A DNA stretch of 64,000 nt from NCBI RefSeq assembly GCF_018350175.1, contig NC_058368.1:85748001-85812000 (forward strand), written 5' to 3'. This document shows, piece by piece, positions 1-13,690 of this stretch. Both the position numbers and the translations under genes were made by a program. Positions within the stretch are counted from its first letter, which is position 1. Each line of letters starts with the position of its first letter. This DNA comes from Felis catus. Taxonomy: Eukaryota. The notes below the pieces were generated by a model. It was not told the DNA's origin. It made no database searches and was given only the letters and a program-made list of their open reading frames with translations.

Positions 1-520
1 GGAAAATTTGTACAACATACAAAAAGAGATGGATAATGTAAGCAGAGATATGGAATCTCTAGGAAAGAATTAAAAAGAAATATCCTAAATCAAAAACAAT
101 GTAACACAAAGGTAAAATGCCTTTATGGGCTCATCAATAAATTTGACATGGCTGAGGAAACACCAGTGAGTTTGACAAAAGGTCAATAGAAACTTTCAAA
201 ATGGAAACTTAATGATAAAACATATGAGTAGCTAAGTACTGTGAGATAATTACAAAAAGGTGTTATATACATGTGATAAGAATACCAAAAGGAGAAGAAA
301 GTGGTAAAAGAATATAAGAAACATTTGAAGAAATAATGGCTGGGAATTTCCCAAATTAATGACAGACACCAGACCACAGATAAAGGAAACCCAGGAAACA
401 TGGAAATGATAAATACCTTAAATTACAATGAGGCATGTGATATTCAAACTGCTAAAAATCAAAGACAAATACAAAAAAAAAAACTTGAAAGAAACAATCA
501 GGGAGGAAAAACACCTTTTA
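1..520 (+). mobile_element. Old L1 (L1M-type) ORF1-region fragment
   Basis: A-rich degenerate L1 ORF1-like sequence (aatgcctttatgggctcatcaataaatttgacatggctgaggaaa; tattcaaactgctaaaaatcaaagacaaa). Confidence 0.7.
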
Positions 521-544
521 TTGTAGTGGAAATAGATGCCCAAG

Positions 545-1810
545 TGACTGAGCCCCTAAGGGTCCCCTTTCTCACTCTTCAAGCAGTGGTCTTATGTAGG
601 AGATGACCTGTGGGGTCAGGAAGCACAATGTCTCTTGGCCCCCAGAGCCAGGTTCTGGTGTTGTCCATTTGTGGGATGTTTGCAAACTCTTCTTAAGGCA
701 GGACAGCAGGTGTGACATGTTGGTGGTGGGGTTAGCACACAGTCTGGCTACAGGACGAGGCTTCAGATGCTGTGGCATGTTGGTGGCAGGGATGGCCCCA
801 GCCTGACTATAGGACATTTGCATGACTCCTGCTCTGCAGGGAGGGTGGGGATGGATTCCTTCTTGGTGTGTTAAGTGTCTCTGGCTGCTGTGCTGCATCA
901 GTGGGTGGAGCTCTCAACAGAACATAACCACTGGTGTTAGCAGGTAAGAGACAGAATTCCAGTGTCAGGATGGGTAAGGTAGACTGAGACCAGAAAATAG
1001 TTTCTTCTATTATCTTAGTTTCTGGGGAGAGTCCCACCCATTTCCTGTCTCTATGGCAAACACTTTAAGGTTAAATATCTCCTTTACCTCAGGTCTATGC
1101 ATTTTTCAAATTGGTGATTTATGCTGGTTTTAATTTGAGCTCTGAATGCATGGACCTTAAGCGCAGGTTTTCCAAACCCTATTGTTTTATAGTTTTCTTA
1201 AATGAAATCCCCATTGATTTTGTTTTATTTTTAAAGTGTATTTATTTATTTTGAGACAGAAAGAGTGCACAGAGGAGGGGCAGAGAGAGTGAGGGAGAGT
1301 TTCCCGAGCAGGCTTCACACTATTTGCGCAGAGCCCAATGCGGGGCTCAGTCTCAAGAACTGTGAGATCATGACCTGAGCCCAAATCGAGAGTCAGATGT
1401 AATTGACTGAATAATCCAGGTGCCTCAATCTCCATTATTCAAAATGCTTGGCGTTTTGGAGGCATTATCTTCTTTGTGCAGGATATAAGCATTGTGGTTC
1501 CTGATGTAGAGCTTGAATCACTCACTCCTCAGCAAAATTTGTATAGAAAGTGTGAGAGGAATACTTTGGTATCTCTCTTGATTGTGACACATCACAATGA
1601 GATGTAGTTTTTTTTTTTTTTCCCAAGTGAGCCCATATCTCTGTGCCTTTCCCATCTCAATAAATCATTTTATTCTTTGTGGAGACTCTGTACAATTTTC
1701 AGCTTCCTTTAAGAGGTATTATTACATGAGTAGTTGTAGATTTTTTTTTATTTGAGTGTCTGTGGGAAGAGGTGAGTTGAAGATGTTGCATCATCACCAT
1801 CTTAAACCCA
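545..1810 (-). mobile_element. Old carnivore L1 5'UTR fragment, interrupted by a SINE
   Basis: The minus strand at 1810 starts gggtttaagatggtgatgatgcaacatcttcaactcacctcttccc, resembling the L1 5' end at about 30430. Confidence 0.55.
1221..1427 (-). mobile_element. Can-SINE, older feliform type; shared with the right arm (44973-45202)
   Basis: tRNA-derived head, CT-rich region and A-tail on the minus strand; same flanks as the paralogous copy. Confidence 0.9.
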
Positions 1811-3075
1811 ATCTCCCATCGTTTGCATGCAAATATCCACTTTTCCCGCAACAATTATTGAAGAAACTATAATTTCTCCATTATGTGTTCTTGACATCCT
1901 TATAAAAATTAATTGACTCATATGTGTAAATTTATTTCTGGACTCATATTTCTCATTAATTGGTTGATGTGATTTTTTTTAATGTCATATTATGTTTGTT
2001 AATTCATTCATAAAGAACATTCTACTGTGCATTAACTATATAGTTGAATATGTGAAATCAAAGACATGCCTGTTTAGTGAGATAGCATAAATGGAATATG
2101 ATTATGTTAGAGTTTTCTAAGATTTGCATCATATATATTGATGTAGATGTATAGAAGCTGAAGTGAAGGCAAAGTAGCCTGGAAGAAAGCATGGAAGACT
2201 TGGTATAAAAGTCACTCAACTCAGTGTCTGTCTGTAATATACGTATGTAAAGAAGAAATAAACTGTGCAATACCAAGTAAGAGATTTATATTGTGACTTT
2301 AACACAAGGCAAGTAGAAAAGAGGCAAGTTGAACAAAGCAAGTTGAAAAAACACCATAGACAGAAGGCACAGCCTATGTCAATACGAGAAGCACAGGAGA
2401 AGCTTTGAAAGAGATCACCCATCTTTAGATTTGGTCATGGGGGTTCCCACCTTGGGCTCTGTGTTTAGAGATCCTCACACTGCACAAGTAATAATAATAA
2501 AACATTTTTTTTTAGATATATGGATTGAATTTGGCAACAAAGTGTGTTTTTTTTTATGTCCACACTACAATAAGTTAAAGAAAGTGTTTTTCTAGAAACA
2601 TAAGGACACAGAAAGAAAGAATGATTTGATACCTTCTTTAATAATATGAGGGGCAAATGCCAAGTGGAAGAGGACAAGTCATGACAATGAAATATTGTCA
2701 CCAAGGGAATTAGAATGGAATGGTGTCAAAAGGAGAGATAGGAAAATGGTCAGTGGGAAGGGCATAACCTATTTGTTTCTCAGACACATGAAATGAAAAG
2801 GGACAGTAAACCATTTCACAGAGTATGAAGAAGGAGATGAGATTATATCACCAGATTAAATGTCAGTGTGGTATAAAGGAATGAGGAGATTAACCAAATT
2901 TTGATACAGTTTCAGGTGGTGAGGGGTGGAAAAAAATCTTGAAAGAAAAACTTTGAATTACTAAAGGGAATAACTGACAACACAGACAGATATTGTTGAA
3001 ATTAAATCCTGCAGTGTAGCCATTTGTCTATTGTACATAACCAACTGCTTTAGAGAAAAAAAAATAGCAGATTTA

Positions 3076-3356
3076 GGGGTTTCTGCATGGCTCAGTCAGT
3101 TAAGCATCAGACTCTTGATTTTGGCTCAAGTCATGATCTCAAAGTTCGTGGGATTGAACCCTACATTGGGCTCCACACTGAAATCATGGAGCCCACTTGG
3201 GATTCTTTCTCTACCTCTCCCTCTGCCCCTCTCCAACTCATTCTCTCTCTTTCTCCGTCTCTCTGTCTCTCAACAGAAAAAGAAAGAAAGAAGGAAATAA
3301 AGAGAAAGGAAGGAAGGAAGGAAGGAAGGAAGGAAGGAAGGAAGGAAGGAAGAAAA
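3076..3356 (+). mobile_element. Can-SINE, older feliform type, with (GAAG)n-expanded tail; shared with the right arm (43140-43367)
   Basis: tggctcagtcagttaagcatcagactcttgattttggctcaagtcatgatctc head, CT tract, then GAAG microsatellite at about 3307-3350. Confidence 0.9.
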
Positions 3357-3573
3357 TGAGTAGCAAGTTTAAAATAGTCCAGGGTTAGTGATTTTCCTTC
3401 CATTCTAAATGAAGAACAAGATTGACCATTTTTATAAGACCATATTTGAAGTGATAGGGATTTCATGTCTTGATTGAAAAGAAAGTAAAGACGGAATATG
3501 ATGGTAAACATAAAAGAAATCAAAAGACAAAGGATTAAAATTTTCTCGGTTACTGTTTAATTAGAATAATTGT

Positions 3574-3722
3574 GGGGCACCTGGGTGACTCAGCTGGTTA
3601 AGAGTCTGACTTCAGCTCAGGTCATTATCTCACAGTTCATGAATTTGAGCCCCTGGTCGGGCTCTGTGCTGACGGTGTGAGCCTGGAGCATGCTTCAGAT
3701 TCTGTATCTCCCTCTCTCTCTG

Positions 3723-3769
<47 letters not shown>

Positions 3770-3800
3770 GATAAACATCGAAAAAAAATAAAAGAAAAAT
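3574..3800 (+). mobile_element. Can-SINE, intermediate felid type; left arm only
   Basis: ggggcacctgggtgactcagc head, (CT)n, A-tail, aataattg TSD. The paralogous site near 42945-42960 is empty. Confidence 0.92.
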
Positions 3801-4749
3801 AATAATTGCTATAGTGGAGGAACAGGGTAGAAAATAGAAGCATACAAAATTGTAATCAGAACAGAATATCTTTTGGCATTATCACTTCAAATTTCCTGTT
3901 ACTAACCTTACCTACCTTACGACCATGGGGCTGAGTAGATAATGTAGTAGAGCCAAATTACCTGCACTGAAAGATGTTAAACAGCATTCATCCTACATTT
4001 CCATTAACTCACATATTAGAACCCACTTTTACTCCAATTAGTTCCCAGAACCTAATATTTCTGTTAATTTCCATTAGCAATAAACTAGTATGGTTTTCAT
4101 TGTTCTTTGGGTCTGTGAATTTGTCAGAAGAATCTTTAGCCAATCATTTCTATTAGGTGATCAGCACAATGTATCTCTAATATTTCAGCCAGAGGAATTT
4201 GCCTAAAATACCACTTAACAAACCACTTTATTTTTCAAGAGTCCTTAATAGATTCTTATGTTTTATTTCACAATGCTAGTTTTCAATTTCTATTAGACTG
4301 TGGATCTTAGGGCATGTACTGTTTTTCCCCTTTCTGCTTCCCAATATGGTGTATCCATTCTAGTTAGTTCTGAATCCTCATTTCTCAGCAATGCCCTCAG
4401 TACTTGACCATTTGTTTCTATATAGAAAAAGTCTTTTCATATTTATGTGTGTAAATCCAATAAACATCCCAACATGTGGCCCATAGAAGACACTCAGTAA
4501 ATATGAGACAAATGTATAATATGTCTCATTTATCTCAGTCTCCATTCATGTTATTCCATCTTCCAAAATGACCTTTCTATTTCTCAATGCCTTCCCAAGT
4601 GCTGTTCATCCTTCAGAGGCCAACTTTATGCAATTATACAATGAATTCCACTGCTCTGTCTTCTAGTTTGTTGATACTTTTTTGTGCTTCAATCTGTTCC
4701 TGCTGTTTAATCTCTGTACTGAAATTTTCAATTCAGTTATTGTAGCCTT

Positions 4750-4960
4750 TCTAAAAATTTATTTATTTTTATTTATTATTTTAAGAGAATAAGCATGCAA
4801 GTGGGACAGGGACAGAGAGCAAAGGGAGAGACAATCCCAAGCAGGCTCCACACTGTCAGCACAGAGCCCGATGGGGGCTTGAACTCATGAACTGTCAGAT
4901 CATGACCTGAGCCAAAATCATGAGTCGGACACTCAACTGAGTGAACCACCCAGGTGCCTC
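4750..4960 (-). mobile_element. Can-SINE; left arm only
   Basis: SINE head ends caggtgcc at about 4958; flanked by tcagttattgta / tcagtattgta. The paralogous site near 42002-42015 is empty. Confidence 0.88.
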
Positions 4961-7900
4961 TCAGTATTGTATTATTTACCTCCTAGTGGCTCCTAGTGGT
5001 TGAAGATATGACAAAACATGTCAGCATAATAAAGTGGAAGATCTCAGGCCACACCTAGATGAGATTCAGTCTAATGGGAAGTGAGACCTTAGGGTAGCAG
5101 GGTTTAAAGTATGAAAATAGTTTATTTCAGGATAAGACTGGGATATTGGTGTTTCTGCCTATTCCCTCTTTGTTGAGTCCTGAGTGTATAGGTAATTAAG
5201 AAGTTTGTTTGTTGGTGGTTGTTTACAGTCCCTTGAGACCTGTGAATGTAACCCTGTTACCAGAGTTAGGCAATCAAAGAAAGTGCTGCTTGGGTGGTGG
5301 ACACAATAGCTGAGGTGCCTGAAAATGCACAAAATCTTCACAGAGAGATGCCAGCAACCTGGAGCATGGCAGATAGATAACACAGTTACAGCACAAACCA
5401 ACATCCTCAGTTTCTAGAGATTTGACTCAGCTTCTGGATGTGTGTTATGTTAGAAGTCTTGGCTTCAGCCTCCAGCTATATAAATATGCAAATAAACTTC
5501 TGTCAAGAAATTACTGAGAGATAGGAACTTCTGTTTGCTGCCTTTGCATTGAACCATGAGGGCATAGCCAGTTTCTATGTTTTCTTCCATCCCTTTGAAC
5601 CTGTGAACCAAGCCCTACTGGATACCAGAGCCAGACTATCAAGGGATGTGTCCTCTTGTAAGCAACCACAAAACCTGGGATGCAAGATATGTGCACAAAC
5701 TCCTTTTGGCAAGATACTGACAACCTGAAATAAGGCAGAGGGAGAACACAAAAGTGACATCTCTCAGCTTCCGAAATCATTAGAGAAAATTGTTGCCAGT
5801 CTCTAGATTCTTTTAAAGTTTTGTGTTTGACTCCCAGGCTGCATCTTTTAAGATATGCAGTAGACTGAGGGCAATTTGTAAAGTCTTCCTCAAGAATCCT
5901 CCCATTCCCTCCCCCAACCAGTTCTGGATGACCACAAAATTTTTAAATCCCATTATTTGTGTTCTCTTAGTAATTATGAGACTTACATTGTTCTCTTTCC
6001 TTCATTTGGTCATACTCATTATTTTCCAAGCTCCCTTTGCAAGCAAATGCCCTGCTTTCTTTGTGTGTGTTTCATAAAGTAAAATTTAGGCATTGTTATT
6101 TGACTATGCTTTAGGCTTTTGTAAAGACCATGTGAATAGTATAAATACTAAGCCTTTAATCTTATCACAAATCTTAAGAACATTATTCAGTATCAATTTC
6201 AATTTCTCTTAGTGTTTTACGTTAGGAAACAAGGTACTTGTAATACTGAAGGAATTTCCTTCAGTACAGTTCTTGTATTCTGGATATGTTAAAACTCAGT
6301 CAATTCTATCAAAAGCTAATATCACTTTCTACCAATTGTGTTCTCTCAATAAAGTGAAATAACAGGAACTAAAGGTCCTTTTCCACTCACATCCAATCTC
6401 TAGTCTTTGCATAACTTTAACTTGAAATTTAACTTATTAGAAAGTATTTTACCCCTATTATTTGAAGATTATTTTGAATACATTAATCTCTAGTATTAAT
6501 GGGGAAAAAAGGAAACTGGAGCTAATATTCTGTGTCTTGTTCATTCTTATTGGATACGGTTTGAATCTCACTTGAGTAAGGCTGTCTCTGTGAAATTCCT
6601 CTGAGGCTCCTGCTAATAGAAATGGATGCAATTAGAAGGAAATAAAACTAAATTGCCCTAATCAGGATATTCAGTGGAATTTGCCCCAATGCAATCAGTA
6701 TTACTGATAAGGCTGTAAAAGCTTTGTATAATGATTAATAGACAAAATTAGAGTGAATACCCTCTGGTAATTATTCACATTCAGTCATAGACTAGTTGAT
6801 CAACATGATGTGACTAGAATGTACATTGAGCTTGGCACCAGGAATCACTATGTGTTAGTATAAAGTCTAGAAAGAAAACAGTTTTAACCCAAATAGAATA
6901 ATAATTGCAAGAAAGATGTGAATGGAAAAGATACATGGGGACTTTGACAAGAATGATTCCTTATCCTCCTGTGATATAAAGAGTCTAATCTATAATATTC
7001 TCCAGTCAAAGATCATGGATTATAGGAAGAAAATACGAGCCAAAATCTCTCAGCTAGTTGGCTTCCATATGGAAAAGAGAATGCAGTTACTTTCAATTTC
7101 CTCATGTGCAAAATATGATTGATAAGGCATATCTAATGCAGTAGTTTTAAGAATAAGCAACTTGCGGAGCCTAGGAAGATGGCTGCGTAGGAGGATGCTG
7201 GGCTCACTGCACGTCCTGCTGATCACTTAGATTCCACCTACACCTGACTAAATAACCCAGAAAACCACCAGAAGTCTAGCAGAACGGATTCTCCAGAGGC
7301 AAAAGCAGATGAGAGGCCCACGGTAGAGGGTAGGAAGGGCGGAGAGGCGGTGTGCACTACACGGACTGGCAGGAGGGAGACGGGGCAGAGGGGCAGCCCG
7401 CTGGCCAAGCAGAGCCCTCGAGTCTGGCTTGCAAAAGTGGAGGGGCCGCACAGAGTGTGTTGTGAAAGCAAGAGGACTTAACATCTGGAAGGTTATAAGC
7501 TAACAGCTCTGCTCAGAAAACGGGAGTGCCAGAGGACAACGGGAGGGAGAGTTGTTGAGCTCTGGAAGACAGAGCTCAGCTTTGCAGGGAACAAAGGTGC
7601 TCACCAGCACCATCTCCCTCGCTCATCCCCCAGTGAAAATCCCAAAGGGAACCAGTTCCTGCCAGGGAACTTGCTTGCACCACGCAAACACCCAACATTG
7701 TGCTTCTGTGGTCCATTCCTCCCGCGGTGGGTCTGACTCCCTTTGGTGCCACAAGGCCCCTCCAGAAATGGATCTACCAAAGGATAAACAGGCTAAGCCT
7801 GCCCCTCCTGCCCCTGTGCACCTTGCCGATCCACCCCAGCTAATACGTCTGATCCCCAGAACCACAAGCCTGGCAGTGTGCAAATAGCTCAGACAGGCCA

Positions 7901-8087
7901 CGCCACCCCACAGTGAATCCCGCCCCTAGGAGAGGAGAAGAGAAGGTACACACCAGTCTGACTGTGGCTCCAGCGGTGGGCTGGGGGCAGACATCAGGTG
8001 ACTACGGCCCCGCCCACCAATGCAAGTTATTAAGACAGCACAGGGGAAGAGGCCTGCAGTTCAGCAACACTTCAGGGACTAACCAAA

Positions 8088-8978
8088 ATGAGGAAACGGA
8101 AGAATTCCCCTCAAAAGAATCTCCAGGAAATAATAGCAAATGAACTGGTCAAAAAGGATTGAAACAATATAACAGAAAGTGAACTTAGAATAACAGTCAT
8201 AGAATTAATCACTGGGCTTGAAAACAGTATAGAGGACAGCAGAGAATCTATTGCTACAGAGAACAAGGGACTAAGGAACAGTCAGGAGGAGCTAAAAAAT
8301 GTTGTAAATGAGCTGCAAAATAAAATGGAAACAACCATGGCTCGTATTGAAGAGGCAGAGGAGAGAATAGGTGAACTAGAAGATAAAATTATGGAAAAAG
8401 AAGAAGCTGAGAAAAAGAGAGACAAAAAAATCCAGGAGTATGAGGGGAAAATTAGAGGACTAAGTGATGCACTAAAGAGAAATAATATATGCAAAATTGG
8501 TATTCCAGAGGAGGAAGAGAGAGGGAAAGGTGCTGAGGGTGTACTTGAAGAAATAATAGCTGAGAACTTCCCTGATCTGGGGAAGGAAAAAGGCATTGAA
8601 ATCCAAGAGGCACAGAGAACTCCCTTCAGATGTAACTTGAATCGATCTTCTGCATGACATATCATAGTGAAACTGGCAAAATTCAAGGATAAAGAGAAAA
8701 CTCTGGAAACAGGTAGGGACAAACGTGCTCTAACATATAAAGGGAGACCTATAAGACTCGTGACTGATCTCTCTTTTGAAACTTGGCAGGCCAGAAAGGA
8801 ATGGCAGGAGATCTTCCATGTGATGAACAGAAAAAATATGCAGCCGAGAATCCCTTATTCAGCAAGTCTGTCATTTAGAATAGAAGGAGAGATAAAGGTC
8901 TTCCCAAAAAAACAAAAACTGAAGGAATTCATCAGCACTAAACCAGCCCTACAAGAGATCCTAAGGGGGATCCTGTGA
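8088..8978 (+). pseudogene. L1 ORF1p, disrupted by in-frame stops
   Basis: ATG at 8088 (MRKRKNSPQK...), coiled coil, IGIPEEEE and ENFPDL motifs. TGA at 8160-8162 and 8655-8657; natural stop at 8976-8978. Confidence 0.93.
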
Positions 8979-9028
8979 GACAAAGTACCAGAGACATTGC
9001 TACAAGCATGAAACCTACAGACATAAAA

Positions 9029-12000
9029 ATGACTCTAAACCTATATCTTTCTATAATAACACTGAAGGTAAATGGACTAAATGCACCAACCAAAAGACAT
9101 AGGGTATCAGAATGGATAAAAAAAAACAAGACCCATCTATTTGCTGTCTACAAGAGACTCATTTTAGACCTGAGGACACCTTTAGATTGAGAGTGAGGGG
9201 ATGGAGAACTATTTATCATGCGACTGGAAGCCAAAAGAAAGCTGGAGTAGCCATACTTATATCAGACAAACTAGACTTTAAATTAAAGGCTGTAACAAGA
9301 GATGAAGAAGGGCATTATAGAGTAATCACAGGGACTATCCATCAGGAAGAGCTAACAATTATAAATGTCTATGCACCGAATACGGGAATACCAAATATAT
9401 AAAAAAATTACTCACAAACAAAAGCAACCTTATGGATAAGAATGGTGGTAATTGCAGGGGACTTTAACACACCACTTACAGAAATGGATAGATCATCTAG
9501 ACACACGGTCAATACAGAAACAAGGGCCCTGAATGATGCATTGGATCAGATGGACTTGACAGATATATTTAGAACTATGCATCCCAAAGCAACAGAATAT
9601 ACTTTCTTCTCCAGTGCACATGGAACATTCTCCAAGATAGATCACATACTGGTCACAAAACAGCCCTTCATAAGTATACAAGAATTGAAATCATACCATG
9701 CATACTTTCAGACCACAATGCTATGAGGCTTGAAATCAACCACAGGAAAAAGTCTGGAAAACCTCAAAAAGCATGGAGGTTAAAGCACACCCTACTAAAG
9801 AATGAATGGGTCAACCAGCCAATTAAAGAAGAAATTAAAAAATATATGGAAAAAAATGAAAATGAAAATACAACAATCCAAATGCTTTGGGAAGCAGCGA
9901 AGGCAGTCCTGAGAGGAGAATACATTGCAATCCAGGCCTATCTCAAGAAACAAGAAAAATCCCAAATACAAAATCTAACAGCACACCTAACAAAATAGAA
10001 GCAGAACAGCAAAGGCAGCCTAAACCCAGCAGAAGAAGAGAAATAATAAAGATCAGAGCAGAAATAAAAAATATAGAATCTAAAAAAACTGTAGGGCAGA
10101 TCAACGAAACCAAGAGTTGGTTTTTTGAAAAAATAAACAAAATTGATAAACCTCTAGCTAGGCTTCTCAAAAAGAAAAGGGAGATGACCTGAATAGATAA
10201 AATCATGAATGAAAATGGAATTATTACAACCAATCCCTCAGAGATACAAGCAATTATCAGGGAATACTATGAAAAATTATATGCCAACAAATTGGACAAC
10301 CTGGAAGAAATGGACAAATTCCTAAACACCCACACGCTTCCAAAACTCAATCAGGAAGAAATAGAAAGCTTGAACAGACCCATAACTAGCAAAGATATTG
10401 AATCGGTTATCAAAAATCTCCCAACAAATAAGAGTCCAGGACCAGATGGCTTCCCAGGGGAGTTCTACCAGATGTTTAAAGCAGAGATAATACCTATCCT
10501 TCTCAAGCTATTCCAAGAAATAGAAAGACAAGAAAAACTTCCAGACTCATTCTATGAAGCCAGTATTACTTTGATCCCTAAACCAGACAGAGACCCAGTA
10601 AAAAAAGAGAACTACAGGCCAATATCCCTGATGAATATGGATGCAAAAATTCTCAATAAGATACTAGCAAATCAAATTCAACAGCATATAAAAAGAATTA
10701 TCCACCATGATCAAGTGGGATTCATTCCTGGGATGCAGGGCTGGTTCAACATTCCCAAATCAATCAACGTGATACATCACACTAATAAAAGAAAAGGTAA
10801 GAACCATATGATCCTGTCAATTGATGCAGATAAGGCATTTGATAAAATCCAGCAACCTTTCTTTTTTTTTTTTTTTCAACACTTATTTATTTTTGGGACA
10901 GAGAGAGACAGAGCATGAACGGGGGACGGGCAGAGAGAGAGGGAGACACAGAATCGGAAACAGGCTCCAGGCTCGGAGCCATCAACCCAGAGCCTGACGT
11001 GGGGCTCGAACTCCAGGACCGCGAGATCATGACCTGGCTGAAGTCGGACACTTAACTGACTGCGCCACCCAGGCGCCCCACCAGCAACCTTTCTTAATAA
11101 AAACCCTTGAGAGGGTTGGGATAGAAGGAACATACTTAAAGAACATCAAGCCATTTATGAAAAGCCCACAACTAACATCACCCTCAATGGGGAAAAACTG
11201 AGAGCTTTTTCCCTGAGATCAGGAACACGACAGGGATGTCCACTCTCACCGCTGTTGTTACCATAGTGTTGGAAGTTCTAGCATCAGCAATCAGAGAACA
11301 AAAGGAAATCAAAGGCATCAAAATTGGCAAAGATGAAGTTAAGCTTTCACTTTTTGCAGATGACATGATATTATACATGGAAAATCCGATAGACGCCACC
11401 AAAAGTCTGCTAGAACTGATACATGAATTTAGCAAAGTGGCAGGATACAAAATCAATGTACAGAAATCAGTTGCATTCTTATACACTAATAATGAAGCAA
11501 CAGAAAGACAAATAAAGAAACTGGTCCCTTTCACAATTGCACCAAGAAGCACAAAATACATAGCGATAAATCTAACCAAAGATGTAAAAGATCTGTATGC
11601 TGAAAACTATAGAAAGCTTATGAAGGAAATTGAAGAAGATATAAAGAAATGGAAAAACATTCCATGCTCATGGATTGGAAGAATAAATATTGTCAAAATG
11701 TCAATACTACCCAAAGCTATCTACACATTCAATGCAATCCCAATCAAAATTGCACCAGCATTCTTCTCAAAACTAGAACAAGCAATCCTAAAATTCATAT
11801 GGAACCACAAAAGGCCCCGAATAGCCAAAGGAATTTTGAAGAAGAAGACCAAAGCAGGAGGCATCACAATCCCAGACTTTAGCCTCTACTACAAAGCTGT
11901 CATCATCAAGACAGCATGGTATTGGCACAAAAACAGGCACATAGACCAATGGAATAGAATAGAAACCCCAGAACTAGACCCACAAACGTATGGCCAACTC

Positions 12001-13078
12001 ATCTCTGACAAAGCAGGAAAGAACATCCAATGGAAAAAAGACAGTCTCTTTAACAAATGGTGGTGGGAGAACTGGGCAGCAACATGCAGAAGATTGAAAC
12101 TAGACCACTTTCCCACACCATTCACAAAAATAAACTCAAAATAGGTAAAGAACCTGAATGTGAGACAGGAAACCATCAAAACCTTAGAGGAGAAAGCAGG
12201 AAAAGACCTCTCTGACCTCAGCCATAGCAATTTCTTACTTGACACATCCCCAAAGGCAAGGGAATTAAAAGCAAACATGAACTACTGGGACTTTATGAAG
12301 ATAAAAAGCTTCTGCACAGCAAAGGAAACAACCAACAAAACTAAAAGGCAACCAACGGAATGGGAAAAGATATTTGCAAATGACATATTGGACAAAGGGC
12401 TAGTATCCAAAATCTATAAAGAGCTCACCAAACTCCACACCCGAAAAACAAATAACCCAGTGAAGAAATGGGCAGAAAACATGAATAGACACTTCTCTAA
12501 AGAAGCCATCTGGATGGCCAACAGGCACATGAAAAGATGTTCAACATCGCTCCTCATCAGGGAAATACAAATCAAAACCACACTCAGATATCACCTCACG
12601 CCAGTCAGAGTGGCCAAAATGAACAAATCAGGAGACTATAAATGCTGGAGAGGATGTGGAGAAAAGGAAACCCTCTTGCACTGTTGGTGGGAATGCAAAT
12701 TGGTGCAGCCACTCTGGAAAGCAGTGTGGAGGTTCCTCAAAAAACTAAAAATAGACCTACCCTATGACCCAGCAATAGCACTGCTAGGAATTTACCCAAG
12801 GGATACAGGAGTACTGATGCCTAGGAGCACTTGTACCCCGATGTTTATAGCAGCCAATAATAGCCAAATTATGGAAAGAGCCTAAATGTCCATCAACTGA
12901 TGAATGGATAAAGAAATTGTGGTTTATATACACAATGGAATACTACGTGGCAATAAGAAAGAATGAAATATGGCCTTTTGTAGCAACGTGAATGGAACTG
13001 GAGAGTGTGATGCTAAGTGAAATAAGCCATACAGAGAAAGACAGATACCATATGTTTTCACTGTTATGTGGATCCTGA
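9029..13078 (+). pseudogene. L1 ORF2p (endonuclease/reverse transcriptase), frameshifted and SINE-interrupted
   Basis: MTLNLYLSIITLKVNGLN, CCLQETH, GDFNTPL, SPGPDGF, FADDM and [18 protein letters not shown] motifs spread over several frames. Confidence 0.95.
10864..11080 (-). mobile_element. Young felid Can-SINE (SINEC_Fc-like) inserted in L1 ORF2
   Basis: Perfect 15-bp TSD ccagcaacctttctt at 10849-10863 and 11081-11095. Confidence 0.97.
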
Positions 13079-13303
13079 GAAATTTAACAGAAACCCATGG
13101 GGGAGGGGAAGGAAAAAAAAAGAGTTTAGAGAGGGAAGGAGCCAAAGCATAAGAGACTTAAAAACTGAGAACAAACTGACGGTGATTGGGGGTGGGAGGT
13201 AGAGGAGGGTGTGTGATGGGTATTGAGGAGGGCACCTTTTGGGATGAGCACTGGGTGTTGTATGGAAACCAATTTGACAATAAGTTTCATATATTAAAAA
13301 AAA

Positions 13304-13690
13304 TAAAGAAAAATTAACAACTATACTTCACAATTCTTTCAAAAAATAGGAGAGGCACATTCAATAAATCATTTTTTCTAAGTTAAACATTACCTTGATA
13401 CCAAAGCCTGATAGAAAAAAAAGAGATAATACAGACTAATATCCTTAAGAATAATAATGCAAACAACCTTCAATAAAATGCAAGCAAATTGAATCTAACA
13501 GCATTGTATACAACATAGTAAAAGATCCATGCACTATGATCAAGTGGGATTTTCCCAGGAATACAAGAGTGTTCCAACATAAGAAAGTCAACAAAAGTAA
13601 TTGACCACAATAGCAGATTAAAGGTAGAAACCTACATGATAATCTCAAATGATGCAGAAAAGACATTTAAAATGAATCTATCACTCCCGT
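13304..13690 (+). mobile_element. Old L1M ORF2 (RT region) fragment
   Basis: Degenerate cattaccttgataccaaagcc, catgcactatgatcaagtgggattt, gatgcagaaaagacattt. Confidence 0.85.

Larger units (their letters stand above)
1..7163. repeat. Left arm of an inverted segmental duplication (partner 39488-47528); probably extends left of the window
   Basis: Reverse-complement match at many points, including non-repeat DNA: 121-180 vs 46241-46300 (about 5 differences in 60 nt) and 7081-7163 vs 39488-39571 (about 16 in 84 nt). Mirror-image spurious ORFs: 572-898(-)/45560-45829(+), 3974-4156(+)/42598-42783(-), 5159-5404(-)/41212-41397(+). Confidence 0.95.
7164..13303 (+). mobile_element. Full-length felid LINE-1 (L1_Fc-like), inactivated
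   Basis: GC-rich 5'UTR (gaagatggctgcgtagg), ORF1, 50-bp spacer, ORF2 with EN/RT/Cys-rich domains, G-rich 3'UTR and A-tail; about 6.1 kb including a nested SINE. Confidence 0.98.

Noticed and set aside
572..5780. Pairs of similar ORFs in the two arms, suggesting a conserved gene family
   Set aside because: The similarity comes from the DNA duplication. The ORFs lie in decayed L1 UTR or non-coding DNA, and their starts and stops differ between arms.
13303..13323. aagaaaaattaacaact as a decayed TSD of the full-length L1
   Set aside because: It needs several indels, too many for a young element, and is better explained as the start of the adjacent old L1M fragment.
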